A DNA stretch of 64,000 bases from an uncultured Hormoscilla sp. (GTDB lineage: Bacteria; Cyanobacteriota; Cyanobacteriia; Cyanobacteriales; Desertifilaceae). Shown in pieces: positions 1 to 10,901 of this stretch; position 1 is the first letter of the stretch, and every line of letters starts with the position of its first letter. The notes beneath the pieces were generated by a model. The model was given only the letters and a program-made list of their open reading frames with translations. It did not search any database and had not been told where the DNA came from. The stretch covers positions 736,001 through 800,000 of the forward strand of contig OZ001293.3 of the NCBI GenBank assembly GCA_963921275.4. The letters run 5' to 3'. The translations under genes were made by a program, and so were the position numbers.

Positions 1-779
1 TTGGGGAATCATTACAAAGCGCGATCGGGCAATTATTGCCAGATTGTTTCAAAAATGCCAGTCGAGTGGTGTTTGTCGCCGACGCCACCCGCAGCATATT
101 TCACGAATTGGATGTTCGCGGAAATTTCCGCACCATTCATGGGGGACTGGATATCGATCGCATCAATGAGTATCGTCAGGCACATGCGAAGTCGGAGTTG
201 CGGGCGAAATACGGGATAGAGGCCGATCGCGCGGTCATCACCTTAGTGGGAACCATCTGCGAACGGAAAGGACAACATGTATTTATAGAGGCGATCGCGC
301 AATTAGCAAAGCAATACGCAGGATTTGCCCATCTAGATTTTATCATGGTGGGACCGCCGAGAGAGGAGGTTTATTTCAACTGCGTGCAAAAGCAGTTAAA
401 GAAGTTAAACATGCCGAATGTGAAGATCTATGAAGAAACGCGGGAGATATATGACTTTTATGCCATGAGTGATATATTTGTATGTGCTAGCTTTGAAGAA
501 TCATTCCCGAGAGTTCTGTTGGAGGCGATGGCTTTTGAGTTAAAGATAGTCAGTACGGCAGTATATGGGATAGTAGAGATGATCGGCGATCTCGAACATG
601 GCTACCTAGTCTCCCCAGGAGATCCGCAAGCCTTAGCAGCAGCTATGCTAAAATCCTTATCAGAGGAAAATGCTCAAAAAATGGCTGCAAAAGCCTATGC
701 CAAAGTCTGTCGGATGTATAACAATCGATCGCAGTTACAAAAACATCTCTTAATGGCAAAAGAAGTCGCTATCCATTAA
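1..779 (+). CDS. GT4-family glycosyltransferase, C-terminal part (5' end probably outside the window)
   Basis: GT-B C-terminal motifs 'VGTICERKGQ' and 'ESFPRVLLEAMA'. Confidence 0.85.
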   Translation, partial: GESLQSAIGQLLPDCFKNASRVVFVADATRSIFHELDVRGNFRTIHGGLDIDRINEYRQAHAKSELRAKYGIEADRAVITLVGTICERKGQHVFIEAIAQLAKQYAGFAHLDFIMVGPPREEVYFNCVQKQLKKLNMPNVKIYEETREIYDFYAMSDIFVCASFEESFPRVLLEAMAFELKIVSTAVYGIVEMIGDLEHGYLVSPGDPQALAAAMLKSLSEENAQKMAAKAYAKVCRMYNNRSQLQKHLLMAKEVAIH

Positions 780-1059
780 GAGGAAGGGGTAATTTTTTGC
801 ACAATTGCTTTACAACTGTTAATATAAAAAACACTTTTTACGGTTAAATACCAGTGGCGATCGATAACAATACAAATGGTCAACTATCTGACGCAAATTG
901 TCGGTTAATGCAGTCAAGCAAGTTGCGATCGCGACAACGCTATACGCATTTGGCAACAGACAGCGTCCTCGTCCACCTCGTCCTGGTAAGGACATTGCTG
1001 TTGAACGCGATGGCGTCAAACCAACACAACCGACTTTTGGCGATATTCAGTATGCGCCT

Positions 1060-1470
1060 TTGACAGGACCCGCCTCATCCATAATCGCCACTTCCGGTCC
1101 AGCGGCGGCTCTCACCGAACCTGGTTTGCGAGTCAAAGGCGGTAGGGGATTGCTGGTCATCTGATGGGAAGCTTCGGTCATGCCATAGGATTCGATCGCC
1201 GGGGCCTTGAATTGAGCTTCTAACTCTACCATGACCTGGGGCGGCAAGGGGGCGGAGGAAGAGCGAATGAACCGAATTGGACATTGGGAAACGATCTGGC
1301 GATTAGAACTGGCCCGTGCCAGAATCCCTTGGTGCATGGTGGGAACTGCTGAATACCAGATGAGGCGAAACTCTGCTAACCAGTCAAAGAATTTGGACCC
1401 GTCAAAACCGGGAGTGCAAATCACGCTGGCCCCGGCAGTTAGGGATGAAAGTAAGCCGCACCCATCACTT
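1060..1470 (-). pseudogene. Internal fragment of an AMP-binding acyl-CoA synthetase
   Basis: 'WYSAVPTMHQ', 'RSSSAPLP' and 'IESYGMTEASHQ...PGSV' are present; both termini are missing. Confidence 0.75.
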
Positions 1471-1632
1471 GATGGGACAAAATGTCGATGTCTAAAGGGC
1501 AGTAAGATGGCGCTGCGCGCCCAGCGCAGCGCATGTAGTGCGCCCGGAGTACATCTGGTGCCGACTCCGGGCTTTCTCCCTAAATGGCGTTGGCTGAAAA
1601 GGTCGCTGCCAGGGCCCACAACAATAGAGATA

Positions 1633-1888
1633 TTTTATCCGAGAATAACTTCCTCACTCCCTGGAGTAAGGAAGTTATTCCCTGGAGAACTCAGTCATTC
1701 CTAGGACTAACTATTTATTCCACCGAGTACGAGAATCATTCCACCGAGTACGAGAGTCATTCGGTGGCGTCACAACCTTTTGCTTTGACTGGAAACACCA
1801 TTACCAAAAGGAAGCTGAGTAACTCCAAGGCCGGAGCGGGAGCCTCCAAGGCCGGAGTAAGCACCTCTTTGACCGGAGTCAAATCGGG
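1633..1888. repeat. Degenerate 20-21-bp tandem array abutting a MITE end
   Basis: Units such as ATTCCACCGAGTACGAGAATC/ATTCCACCGAGTACGAGAGTC and CTCCAAGGCCGGAG recur at ~21-bp spacing; the array ends at GGTGTGGTCTTGCGCCCGTTG (1889-1909). Confidence 0.6.
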
Positions 1889-1913
1889 GGTGTGGTCTTG
1901 CGCCCGTTGGTAA

Positions 1914-1973
1914 GAGGATCTCGGGAATGCGCTGCGCGCACGCGAGGATCTCGGGAATGCGCTGCGCGCACGC
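1914..1973. repeat. 30-bp direct repeat x2
   Basis: GAGGATCTCGGGAATGCGCTGCGCGCACGC occurs twice. Confidence 0.9.
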
Positions 1974-2104
1974 TGCGCGGACGGATCGCTCGCTACCAGT
2001 GAGAGTCGAAAATTGCTCTACTACAAATGAGCCGCACCCTCTGTCAGTTGATATCCTGGGCAAGTTGCCTTACAAAAACAATCCAAAAGGATAAAAAATA
2101 GATC

Positions 2105-4357
2105 GTGATGCCAGACTTTATTATTATCGGGGGGCAAAGATGCGGCACGACATCGCTGTACAGCTATCTGATCGAACATCCCCTGATCGCCTCAGCAGCA
2201 GAGAAAGAGTTACATTTCTTTAACTTGAACTTTGACAAAGGAGTAGAGTGGTACTCCTCACAATTTACCCCAGCATCCCAACCACAGGTGCTGACAGGAG
2301 AAGCGAGTCCTTACTATATCTTTCATCCTCTCGTCCCCCAGCGCCTCCACCAGCTGTATCCCCAAGTAAAGCCGATCGCCTTACTCCGAGACCCCGTAGA
2401 CAGAGCGATTTCCCACTATTATCATGAAGTCAGGCTGGGGTTCGAGTCCCTGAGTCTGGAAGAGGCGATCGCCTCAGAGGCCGCCAGACTGGAAGGAGAA
2501 GCAGCCAAAATCATCGCCGATCCCAACTATCACAGCTTCAACCACCGCCATTACAGTTACCTCTCCAGAGGTATTTACATCCAACAGCTGCGCCACTGGA
2601 TGCAATACTTTCCTAGAGAACAATTCTTGATTCTCAAAAGCGAAGACTTCTACGCTAACCCAGCAGCGATCGTCAGTCAAGTTTTCCAGTTCCTGAACCT
2701 CCCCATCTATCAGCAAGGGCAATACAGCAAGTACAATAGGGGAGATTATCCAGTCTCCTCCCTTGACAAGCACCTGCGCCAGATGCTAGAAAAGTATTTT
2801 CAACCCTACAACCAGCAACTGGCAAGCTATCTGGGCAGAACTTTTTGGGAATATATGACAGAAGCACCGCAAATAGATTACGAAGGCGCGTGGGACACCT
2901 ACGCCCAGTCCTGGCAGAGTACAGGACAAGCATACATCGGCGATGAGTGGAATGGCAAGAACGCCGGGGCCGCCCAGGATCTGGCAGAATATGAAGCCCT
3001 GATCGAACAGCAGGCGATCGCCTCCTACATCAACAAAGCAGATACCGTGTTAGAAATAGGGGTTGGCGGCGGAAAGACAGCAGCATTATTACTAAAGCAC
3101 TGTCAACAGCTAGTATGTGCCGATATCTCCAGCCAAATGTTGCAAGCAACCAGAAAAAGGCTAGGGGACGAAAACATATCATATATCAAGCTAGACGGAT
3201 TAAGCTTAAATAATATTGCCGCAGGAACTATCGATGTCTGCTTTTGCTATGACACGATGGTGCATATGGAACCCCGAGACATCTACAACTACTTAACCCA
3301 GATCCCCAGACTAATGCGGGGAAAGCGCCTGTGTCTATTTCACCACAGCAACATCCTCACTCCCCTGGGGTGGCAGAAATTCCTCAACGACTACCCCCAC
3401 AACCTATTAGGGCGTCGGAACGGCACCGCCTTTTCCGTCATGACAGATGCGATCGTGGAAAAATTTCTCACCCACCTAAATTATGAAATTATCCATAAAG
3501 AAACCGAACTCGTCCCCCGCGATTGTATCTGGATTTGCCGGGCACCTATAGTATCAGCACCACAGCAGGTCTTACTCGAGTTGGTTCAGTCAACTGCGAT
3601 CGATCTCGAACCCATAGCATCAGCACCAAAGCAGGTCTTACCCGAGTTGGCGAGCAATAATTTAATTCGAGAAATTTCCCCGAACGACGCCATGTATGCT
3701 AGCAACGACAGGCATTACTTTAGCGTCGGTCAGTCAGCCTTAAAAGCGATCGAACTAGCGCTCAAGGCAGCAGAGAAAGAAGAAGTAAATGAGATTCTCG
3801 ACTTACCCTGCGGACATGGTCGAGTGCTGCGAACGCTCAAAAGTGCTTTCCCCAAAGCTCAGCTCACTGCCTGCGATCTAGACAAAGACGGCGTAGATTT
3901 CTGTGCCAGAGTATTCGACGCAACAGCAGTTTACTCAAAGCAGCAGCCAGAGCAAATCAAAATTGACAGCAATTTCGATTTGATTTGGAGTGGATCTTTG
4001 CTGACTCATTTGAATGCTCCAAGATGGATAGGCTTTCTGAAATTGTTTAATGCTCTGCTGAACCCAGGCGGCGTCTTAGTTTTTACCACCCAAGGACGCA
4101 GTCCTATCCAATTGATTAGGGAAAATCAATATACTTATGGACTGGAACCCAATCAGTTGCCACGGCTGTTAAATGACTACGATCGCAAAGGTTTCGGTTA
4201 TCTAGATTATTCCGATAGTAATGATTACGGAATTTCCCTAGCATCACCAGCTTGGGTCTGTTCGCAGTTAGAGCATCTGCCTTCTCTGCGACTACTGCTA
4301 TATAATGAAATGGCATGGGACAATCACCAAGATGTTGTCGCTTGCGTTCGAGTTTGA
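2105..4357 (+). CDS. Sulfotransferase fused to two class I SAM methyltransferase domains
   Basis: PAPS motifs 'IIGGQRCGTTSLY' and 'LRDPVDRAISHY'; SAM motifs 'VLEIGVGGG' and 'ILDLPCGHG'. Confidence 0.85.
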   Translation: MMPDFIIIGGQRCGTTSLYSYLIEHPLIASAAEKELHFFNLNFDKGVEWYSSQFTPASQPQVLTGEASPYYIFHPLVPQRLHQLYPQVKPIALLRDPVDRAISHYYHEVRLGFESLSLEEAIASEAARLEGEAAKIIADPNYHSFNHRHYSYLSRGIYIQQLRHWMQYFPREQFLILKSEDFYANPAAIVSQVFQFLNLPIYQQGQYSKYNRGDYPVSSLDKHLRQMLEKYFQPYNQQLASYLGRTFWEYMTEAPQIDYEGAWDTYAQSWQSTGQAYIGDEWNGKNAGAAQDLAEYEALIEQQAIASYINKADTVLEIGVGGGKTAALLLKHCQQLVCADISSQMLQATRKRLGDENISYIKLDGLSLNNIAAGTIDVCFCYDTMVHMEPRDIYNYLTQIPRLMRGKRLCLFHHSNILTPLGWQKFLNDYPHNLLGRRNGTAFSVMTDAIVEKFLTHLNYEIIHKETELVPRDCIWICRAPIVSAPQQVLLELVQSTAIDLEPIASAPKQVLPELASNNLIREISPNDAMYASNDRHYFSVGQSALKAIELALKAAEKEEVNEILDLPCGHGRVLRTLKSAFPKAQLTACDLDKDGVDFCARVFDATAVYSKQQPEQIKIDSNFDLIWSGSLLTHLNAPRWIGFLKLFNALLNPGGVLVFTTQGRSPIQLIRENQYTYGLEPNQLPRLLNDYDRKGFGYLDYSDSNDYGISLASPAWVCSQLEHLPSLRLLLYNEMAWDNHQDVVACVRV

Positions 4358-4375
4358 CTCAGTCAAAAAATAATG

Positions 4376-4600
4376 CTAACCCACTCCCAGCTGTTTTTTC
4401 GATTCCTCCAACCTTTGCCATAGGGATTCAATGTCAGAGGATGCCTGCTCTAATGTAATCTTACCGCTGGTAGCCAAACCACTGATGTAACTCACCCGCT
4501 GAGCAAATTCCTGTAAATTTGCATTAAACACCAAATTCTCTGGTTTTACTTCACCATAGTAGCGGCTTTTGGGATACAAGATGCTAGAAATATTTGACAT
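4376..4600 (-). CDS. Small conserved cyanobacterial hypothetical protein
   Basis: Recognisable 'YYGEVKPENLVFNANLQEFAQRV' signature; AAGGA upstream. Confidence 0.75.
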   Translation of the reverse strand: MSNISSILYPKSRYYGEVKPENLVFNANLQEFAQRVSYISGLATSGKITLEQASSDIESLWQRLEESKKQLGVG

Positions 4601-5090
4601 TTTTATAATTCCTTATTATCTCTATCCTTTACCTCTATTGATATTGTTAACCACGATCCCCAGTATCTTCGTGATAGTAGTCGCCCAAGTCATGTGATAT
4701 TTTGCTGCCGATTGCGTGATGGCAATAGGGTATACCATATAATCTCCAACACTGAGTGATAGCAGTCATAAATGCCTGTGCGGTGTCTGACCCATGCCGC
4801 ATCCTTCAGGACAAGAGCATGGGTCAGACGCCGAAAGCATCACACTCCATTAGTTGTTAGTTGTTCATTGAGAATTGTTCATTGAGAATACATATTAGCC
4901 ATTAGCATCATTTTTACCATGTCATGTATTACAAAGTCCATTATTCATCAGTAACCTAGAAACTTGGTTTCTCTTATACGCAGTGCGCGACGCAGTCGCG
5001 CTATAAACCTGGTTTCTTAATTCAAAAGTGAGTGCTTCCGTTGTAACTGACTTGACAGGATAACCACTTCAAGTTATTATCTAATGCTCA

Positions 5091-5759
5091 ATGCCGTACA
5101 GGAGTAAAGAAATGAAGCCAAATGCTATGATTCTATTGATGACAGGGCTGAGTCTAGCAGTAATGCTGGCCATACCGTCGCAACTAAAGAATACCAAGGC
5201 AGTTGCCGCTAACCCAGTAGAAAATAATATTTGGCAAAAGGGATCCTTTCCAGTAGAAAATTTTCAGAACTATAGTTCCGGTTTTGGCTACCGCGAATAT
5301 CCATATCAGGGCTTTCATTATGGCTTAGACCTGGCAGCGCCGCAAGGTAGCTACATTCGCAGTTGGTGGAGTGGCAAAATAGTCGAAGTTTGGTCAGATA
5401 GCAAATGTGGCACCGGAATTATGATTCAATCAGGCAATTGGAAACATATCTATTGTCACCTCAAAGGTGATGTATTATCGGCAGATGGTCGCCCCTATTT
5501 GATCGATCGAGATGGCGGTATCCAACTTTGGCAGGGTCAACAAGTGTTAACTGGCCAGAGAATTGCTCGTGTAGGCATGAGCGGTCGCACTAATGGCCCC
5601 CACTTGCATTGGGGACTGAAGCATGCTAACCAATGGGTAGATCCAGCCCTAGTACTGAAAGCTATGTACAACTCTGGGCGGCAAAACCCCCATTGGCAGC
5701 GTGCCGCGCAGCGTGGCGCAGCCATAGCCGTGCGCGCAGCGTGGCGCAGCCATAGATAA
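5091..5759 (+). CDS. M23 family metallopeptidase
   Basis: HYGLD and HLH motifs, N-terminal signal-like segment; C-terminus encoded by a small repeat. Confidence 0.9.
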   Translation: MPYRSKEMKPNAMILLMTGLSLAVMLAIPSQLKNTKAVAANPVENNIWQKGSFPVENFQNYSSGFGYREYPYQGFHYGLDLAAPQGSYIRSWWSGKIVEVWSDSKCGTGIMIQSGNWKHIYCHLKGDVLSADGRPYLIDRDGGIQLWQGQQVLTGQRIARVGMSGRTNGPHLHWGLKHANQWVDPALVLKAMYNSGRQNPHWQRAAQRGAAIAVRAAWRSHR

Positions 5760-5765
5760 TTGCTA

Positions 5766-7640
5766 TTAAAGACTTTTTACCAGTTTTTGTCCAGGCACTT
5801 GAGTATATTCAGCAACTATCTTGCGAAACTCGTCGCCCTCGATCGTTTCTCGTTCCAGCAGCAGATCCACGAGGCGATCCATGAGTGGTCGATGTTCGCG
5901 GAGGATGCAGCGAGCTTTTTCATAGCAGGCCATGGCAATATCCCGGATCTGGCGATCGATCTGAGTTGCCACAGCCTCAGAATACTCAGATCGAAGCATC
6001 AAATCGCGACCCAAAAACACCTCGTTACCGGGATTTTCCAAAGCCAATTGTCCCAGATCGGACATGCCATAGAGAGTTACCATCCTCCTGGCCAAGTTAG
6101 TGACCTTTTTGAGATCGTTACTAGCGCCATCAGTTATCTCATCGGAGCCAAACACCTCTACCTCTGCTGCCCTTCCCCCCAGACTGACGGTAATCTGGTC
6201 CAGGATCCAAGCCCGACTGTAGAGACCTTCGAGATCTTCATCGGGCACCCAACTAGAAAAACCGCCAAGCTCCCCCGATCGGGGCAGAATTGTAGTTTTA
6301 TCTAAGGGGTCAGCATTTTTCAGCTGGGTTCTCACCAAGCTGTGACCCACCTCCTGGTAGGCAATTAACCGCTTCTTCTTGCTATCTAGCAGGGGATTTA
6401 AGGTCAAGCCAATCGTCACCCGATCGATCGCATCGCTAACTTCTAAAGGTGTAATCGCCTCTTTGCGGCGACGGGCTGTCAAGATTGCAGCTTCATTGAG
6501 AACATTAGCTAAATCCGCCCCAGAAAAACCAGGAGTACGTCGGGCGATCGCCTCCAGATCCACGGACCGATCCAACTTCTTATTGCGGGCATGGACCTGC
6601 AAAATGCCCAAACGCCCCTTATAAGTCGGCAGATCGACGCTCACCTGACGGTCAAACCGACCCGGTCGCAGCAGGGCCGTATCCAAAACATCAGGGCGAT
6701 TAGTTGCGGCAATAATAATGATCCCATTGTTAGTTTCAAATCCATCCATTTCCGTGAGCAACTGATTGAGAGTTTGCTCCCGTTCGTCATTCCCGCCGCC
6801 AAGGCCCGTGCCCCGTTGGCGTCCCACCGCATCGATTTCATCAATAAACACCAAACAGGGAGCATTTTCCTTCGCCTTTCTGAACAAATCCCGCACCCGG
6901 GACGCCCCGACCCCAACGAACATCTCCACAAATTCCGAACCCGAGATGCTGAAAAATGGCACCCCCGCTTCCCCCGCGATCGCCTTGGCCATCAGAGTTT
7001 TGCCCGTGCCCGGGGCTCCGATTAACAGCACCCCTCTGGGAATCTTTGCCCCCAGGGCTGTGAACTGTTCGGGTGTTTTCAGGAAAGTAACCACTTCTTG
7101 CAGTTCTTCCTTAGCTTCTTCTATCCCCGCCACATCATCGAAATTTACTCCTGTTTTCGCTTCCATTTGAAAGCGCGCTCGCGACTTGCCAAAATTCATT
7201 GCTTGACCCGTCGCCTGAGAGGAACGACGCAAAATCATCATCAATCCCGTAATCAACAGCAGAATCAACAGCAAATTTGTTAATATCCCTAGAATCGCAC
7301 TGCTTCTAGCAGTCCGCTGCTCTCCAAATTCTACCTGATTGGCTTTCAGAGCCTCCAGCAGCTGGGGATTGCGATCGAATATTCTTACCTCGATTGTTTC
7401 CTTTTCGGAATCTAACTTAACTCGGGCAAGATTTTGCTCCGAGTCAATCTCAACGGCGCTCACTTCCCCGGCCTCAATTTTCTCTAACAGTTGGCTGTAA
7501 CTCAGTCGGGGGCGATTTTTCTGTGCCAGAGCTGGCGTTTTCCCCAGTCCAGATGATAACATCATCATCCCACTGAGGGTCAAGGCACTGCCTACTGCAG
7601 CAACATACCTCATCCATGCTTTCATCGAGTCCCTTTTCAT
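5766..7640 (-). CDS. ftsH: FtsH AAA+ protease homolog (HExxH altered to QEVGH)
   Basis: Two TM segments, Walker A GAPGTGKT, Walker B FIDEID, SRH '[10 protein letters not shown]', M41 domain. Confidence 0.95.
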   Translation of the reverse strand: MKRDSMKAWMRYVAAVGSALTLSGMMMLSSGLGKTPALAQKNRPRLSYSQLLEKIEAGEVSAVEIDSEQNLARVKLDSEKETIEVRIFDRNPQLLEALKANQVEFGEQRTARSSAILGILTNLLLILLLITGLMMILRRSSQATGQAMNFGKSRARFQMEAKTGVNFDDVAGIEEAKEELQEVVTFLKTPEQFTALGAKIPRGVLLIGAPGTGKTLMAKAIAGEAGVPFFSISGSEFVEMFVGVGASRVRDLFRKAKENAPCLVFIDEIDAVGRQRGTGLGGGNDEREQTLNQLLTEMDGFETNNGIIIIAATNRPDVLDTALLRPGRFDRQVSVDLPTYKGRLGILQVHARNKKLDRSVDLEAIARRTPGFSGADLANVLNEAAILTARRRKEAITPLEVSDAIDRVTIGLTLNPLLDSKKKRLIAYQEVGHSLVRTQLKNADPLDKTTILPRSGELGGFSSWVPDEDLEGLYSRAWILDQITVSLGGRAAEVEVFGSDEITDGASNDLKKVTNLARRMVTLYGMSDLGQLALENPGNEVFLGRDLMLRSEYSEAVATQIDRQIRDIAMACYEKARCILREHRPLMDRLVDLLLERETIEGDEFRKIVAEYTQVPGQKLVKSL

Positions 7641-7830
7641 CTTTTCTCCTACTCAAGCCTGTTTCAGATCGCCTCCCATGGTCTTGGTTATGCATCAGCT
7701 GTTGCCGTACTTCTAGTATAGTGACTATAATAGGCGACAGCTCCCAAGCAGTCCCGTAAGGCAGGGGAACGCCAAAATGGAGTCAAGTACAGCCAGTAGT
7801 TGTTTGGGTGAAGCGTAGCGGTGGGATGGC

Positions 7831-9297
7831 ATGATTTTCTGGTTAATATTTTTGGGACTGATTACTTACTTCATTGTTAAGCGTAGCGTTGCCGGCAGCA
7901 CCCGGACGCCAGTATGGCTCTTGTGGCTAGTGCTCATGACACCGGCGCTGATTTGGACGGGGTGGACTTCGATCTATGGCCAGAATACGCCGCCGCCACG
8001 GGAGCTGATTTGGGGACCGTTTCTGATTTCTCCATTGCTGTACTGGTTGCTATTTCGGCTGGGACGCTGTCCGATGTCACGGCATCAGGCCGGACAGCAG
8101 CAAGATAAAAGTCGTACATCTGTCAAGCAGCAACCCACCCTGAAATTAGATCCCAAGGTCCAAAGCAAACTCAAGGACTGTTTTCCCTGGTCAGTCTACT
8201 ACCTGACAGAGATTGAGTATAGACCTCAAGTGGTAGTCTGTCGGGGGCGACTGCGCACTACACCTCCGGTAGCCTATCAGACGATTCGGTCCAATATTGA
8301 GGATCAATTTGGCGATCGCTTCTTGGTGCTGTTTCAAGAAGGCTGGAATAGTCAATCCCAACCCTTCTTTACCCTGTTTCCTAATCCCGATGTTAATGCC
8401 ACGGCTAAAAAGCAGACTCTCGAGCTGACGCGACCAGGTCTGGCCTTGGGACTGCTAGCTGTTACGGGTCTTACCACCACTTTCATCGGGACGATCGGGA
8501 TTGTATCGACAGAAGAACTTTTTGCCGACCCCAAACTGTTACTTTTGGGCATGCCCTATGCCTTGGCGCTGATGTTGATTCTGGGCATCCATGAATTAGG
8601 TCATTATCTGACAGCGCGGCATTATGACATCCGTACCACCCTTCCCTATTTTATCCCAGTGCCTTTTTTCCTGGGAACCTTTGGAGCCTTCATTCAAATT
8701 CGTTCGGCAATCCCTAACCGCAAAGCAGTATTTGATGTGGGCATTGCGGGACCAGTGGCAGGTCTAGTTGCTACATTACCTTTATTGCTGTGGGGATTAG
8801 CCCATTCCCAGGTAGTACCGGAAAACCCCAATGCTAACTTATTGAGCTTCACGGCCCTCGACCCCAAGAGGTCTACCTTACTCGTCCTTCTGAGTAAATT
8901 GGTCTTAGGCAGTGCTTTAAAGCCAGACAGCGCGATTCAACTCCATCCTGTGGCTGTAGCTGGTTATTTGGGGTTGGTGGTTACGGCGCTGAATTTGATG
9001 CCAGTGGGACAACTAGACGGAGGTCATGTTGTCCATGCTATATTTGGGCAACGCATCGCTGTACTCATTGGTCACGTGACTCGATTCTTAGTTCTGATTC
9101 TAGCAATGATTAAGCGGGAATTTTTCTTGTGGGCGATCGTCCTCTTGTTTATGCCAGTCTATGACGAACCAGCCTTGAATGATGTGAGTACTCTGGATAA
9201 CTGGCGCGACTTGGCTGGCTTGTTAGTAATAAGTTTATTATTGATGATTATTTTGCCGGCACCTAGGGCAATTACCCAGTTGTTATTAGGAGGTTGA
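7831..9297 (+). CDS. Site-2 protease (M50) family membrane metalloprotease
   Basis: HELGH and NLMPVGQLDGG motifs; multiple TM segments. Confidence 0.92.
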   Translation: MIFWLIFLGLITYFIVKRSVAGSTRTPVWLLWLVLMTPALIWTGWTSIYGQNTPPPRELIWGPFLISPLLYWLLFRLGRCPMSRHQAGQQQDKSRTSVKQQPTLKLDPKVQSKLKDCFPWSVYYLTEIEYRPQVVVCRGRLRTTPPVAYQTIRSNIEDQFGDRFLVLFQEGWNSQSQPFFTLFPNPDVNATAKKQTLELTRPGLALGLLAVTGLTTTFIGTIGIVSTEELFADPKLLLLGMPYALALMLILGIHELGHYLTARHYDIRTTLPYFIPVPFFLGTFGAFIQIRSAIPNRKAVFDVGIAGPVAGLVATLPLLLWGLAHSQVVPENPNANLLSFTALDPKRSTLLVLLSKLVLGSALKPDSAIQLHPVAVAGYLGLVVTALNLMPVGQLDGGHVVHAIFGQRIAVLIGHVTRFLVLILAMIKREFFLWAIVLLFMPVYDEPALNDVSTLDNWRDLAGLLVISLLLMIILPAPRAITQLLLGG

Positions 9298-9436
9298 TAG
9301 TTGCTAGTTGACGATCGCTTTATAAGCGAATTAAGAAACCAGGTTTCTTGAAGAAACTTGGTTTCTGGGTTACTGATTAATATAGAGTTATCGGCAAAAT
9401 TGAGATGCGACGAGCGCTGTATAATCAACAAGGAAA

Positions 9437-9919
9437 ATGAATAATGAACAAATAAAAATACTCCAACAGCAATTAATCCAAGCAGAACAGGAACGAGATC
9501 GGGCCTATGCCAGTGAGGCCAACTGGCATAAACTCTACGAAACGGAAGCACAGCAGCGTCGGACAGAGGCAGAGTTAGCGCAGCAAACTATTGCGGAACT
9601 CAAGGCGAAAATTCAGGAACTGCAAGCAGATCCTCCAGATTATTCCGGAACAGTAGGAGAATCTATTTCTGATGAAGCGATCGCTTCACTGGTGGAAGAG
9701 TTACAAATACCAGCAGAGTTGAAGCAGAAATTGCTCTTAGCCCTTAGGGAGCGCGATCGCCTGGCCCTGGCACTGCAAGCAGAAAAAGAGCAACATGCCC
9801 ATACTAAACAAAGTTTAACATCGACTCTGGTAGACGCGATCGAGCAGCTGAATAAAAACCGAGTTCAAAAGGAAGCATCTTCTGATCGCGCAGCGTGGCG
9901 CAGCCATGCGAACAGTTGA
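9437..9919 (+). CDS. Coiled-coil hypothetical protein
   Basis: E/Q-rich heptad pattern; AAGGA RBS. Confidence 0.7.
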   Translation: MNNEQIKILQQQLIQAEQERDRAYASEANWHKLYETEAQQRRTEAELAQQTIAELKAKIQELQADPPDYSGTVGESISDEAIASLVEELQIPAELKQKLLLALRERDRLALALQAEKEQHAHTKQSLTSTLVDAIEQLNKNRVQKEASSDRAAWRSHANS

Positions 9920-10119
9920 CAGTTGATAGTTGTCAGTTGTCAGCGCACAATTACGGGTTCGGTTCAGTTGTTAATAATTGATTGTTAACGATTATTGTAT
10001 TTATAAATAATCACGATTCAATTTTCGGCTACCAACGTAACGCGGGACAAATTCGCCCTAGGGAGCGGCCTCTATCTCTGTGGGCTGGAAGCCTTGCACC
10101 GTGGGCTGTCCCGGCTTAA

Positions 10120-10431
10120 GTTGGTAGCCTTAATACGGGAGAGCGGAACACGGTGATTACCAAAGGCGGTATGGCCCAGGTTACGGGCCATCGGTTGAAG
10201 TTCGATTTTTCGCGCAGCGTTCCCACGGATGCACTGCAAGGCATTTATCTGATCGACGAACAAAATAACCCCATTGCCATAATCATAATTGGGGAAAACA
10301 AACCTTCTCGCCTGATGTTCATGATGCCACCAGATCTCACTAGTGGAGAGTATACCCTGGAGGTGCGAACCAAAATAAACTCAGATCGACTGCGTAGCGG
10401 TCGCTTGGAGAAACAGTTGACAGTGGCTTGA
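10120..10431 (+). pseudogene. C-terminal Ig-like (DUF4469-type) fragment
   Basis: 'ITKGGMAQVTGHRLKF...NKPSRLMF.MP..L.SGEYTLEVRT' pattern; the N-terminal domain is absent. Confidence 0.5.
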
Positions 10432-10526
10432 TGGAAGCATATCCCGATCGGGGCCAAGCTGGTGTTGCTCAACGGGCCAATAAGGCAAAGGGTTTCCCGA
10501 AATGCAGCCGGAGGTTTTACGACTTG

Positions 10527-10679
10527 CAGCACTAGGGTTTGCGGAATAACAGCACTAGGGTTTGCGGAATAACAGCACTATGTTTTTTGGAATGACAGCA
10601 CTATGTTATGAGGAATAACAGCACTATGTTATTTTGAATGACAGCACTATGTTATGAGGAATAACAGCACTATGTTATG
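10527..10679. repeat. 23-bp tandem array (~6.6 units)
   Basis: CAGCACTA(G/T)G-variable core-GAAT(A/G)A units start at 10527, 10550, 10573, 10596, 10619, 10642, 10665. Confidence 0.95.
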
Positions 10680-10821
10680 GGTGTGGTCTTGCGCCCGTTG
10701 TTACTCGGCCTCGCCGCCCGAACCCGTGCATGGTCCGGCTACTCGAACTAAGCCCGCCTGCGCGGGCTATATTACATGCATCATTGATGCACCTGGCTAT
10801 CAACTACAAGTGATCGCACCC
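10679..10821. mobile_element. GGGTG-ended MITE; empty homolog of the intron-4 insertion site
   Basis: Ends GGGTGTGGTCTTGCGCCCGTTG and CAACTACAAGTGATCGCACCC; 10723-10816 is the reverse complement homolog of 59802-60005. Confidence 0.7.
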
Positions 10822-10901
10822 CGTTCCCACGGTTTGGCATCAGGCATACAACGAACGATCGCTAACCACTGACAGGCAAAGGAGCGGTCCTACGGCACTG
10901 A

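Noticed and set aside
10527..10679. Possible CRISPR array
   Set aside because: The 23-bp units are contiguous with only a few variable bases; there are no unique spacers and no cas genes.
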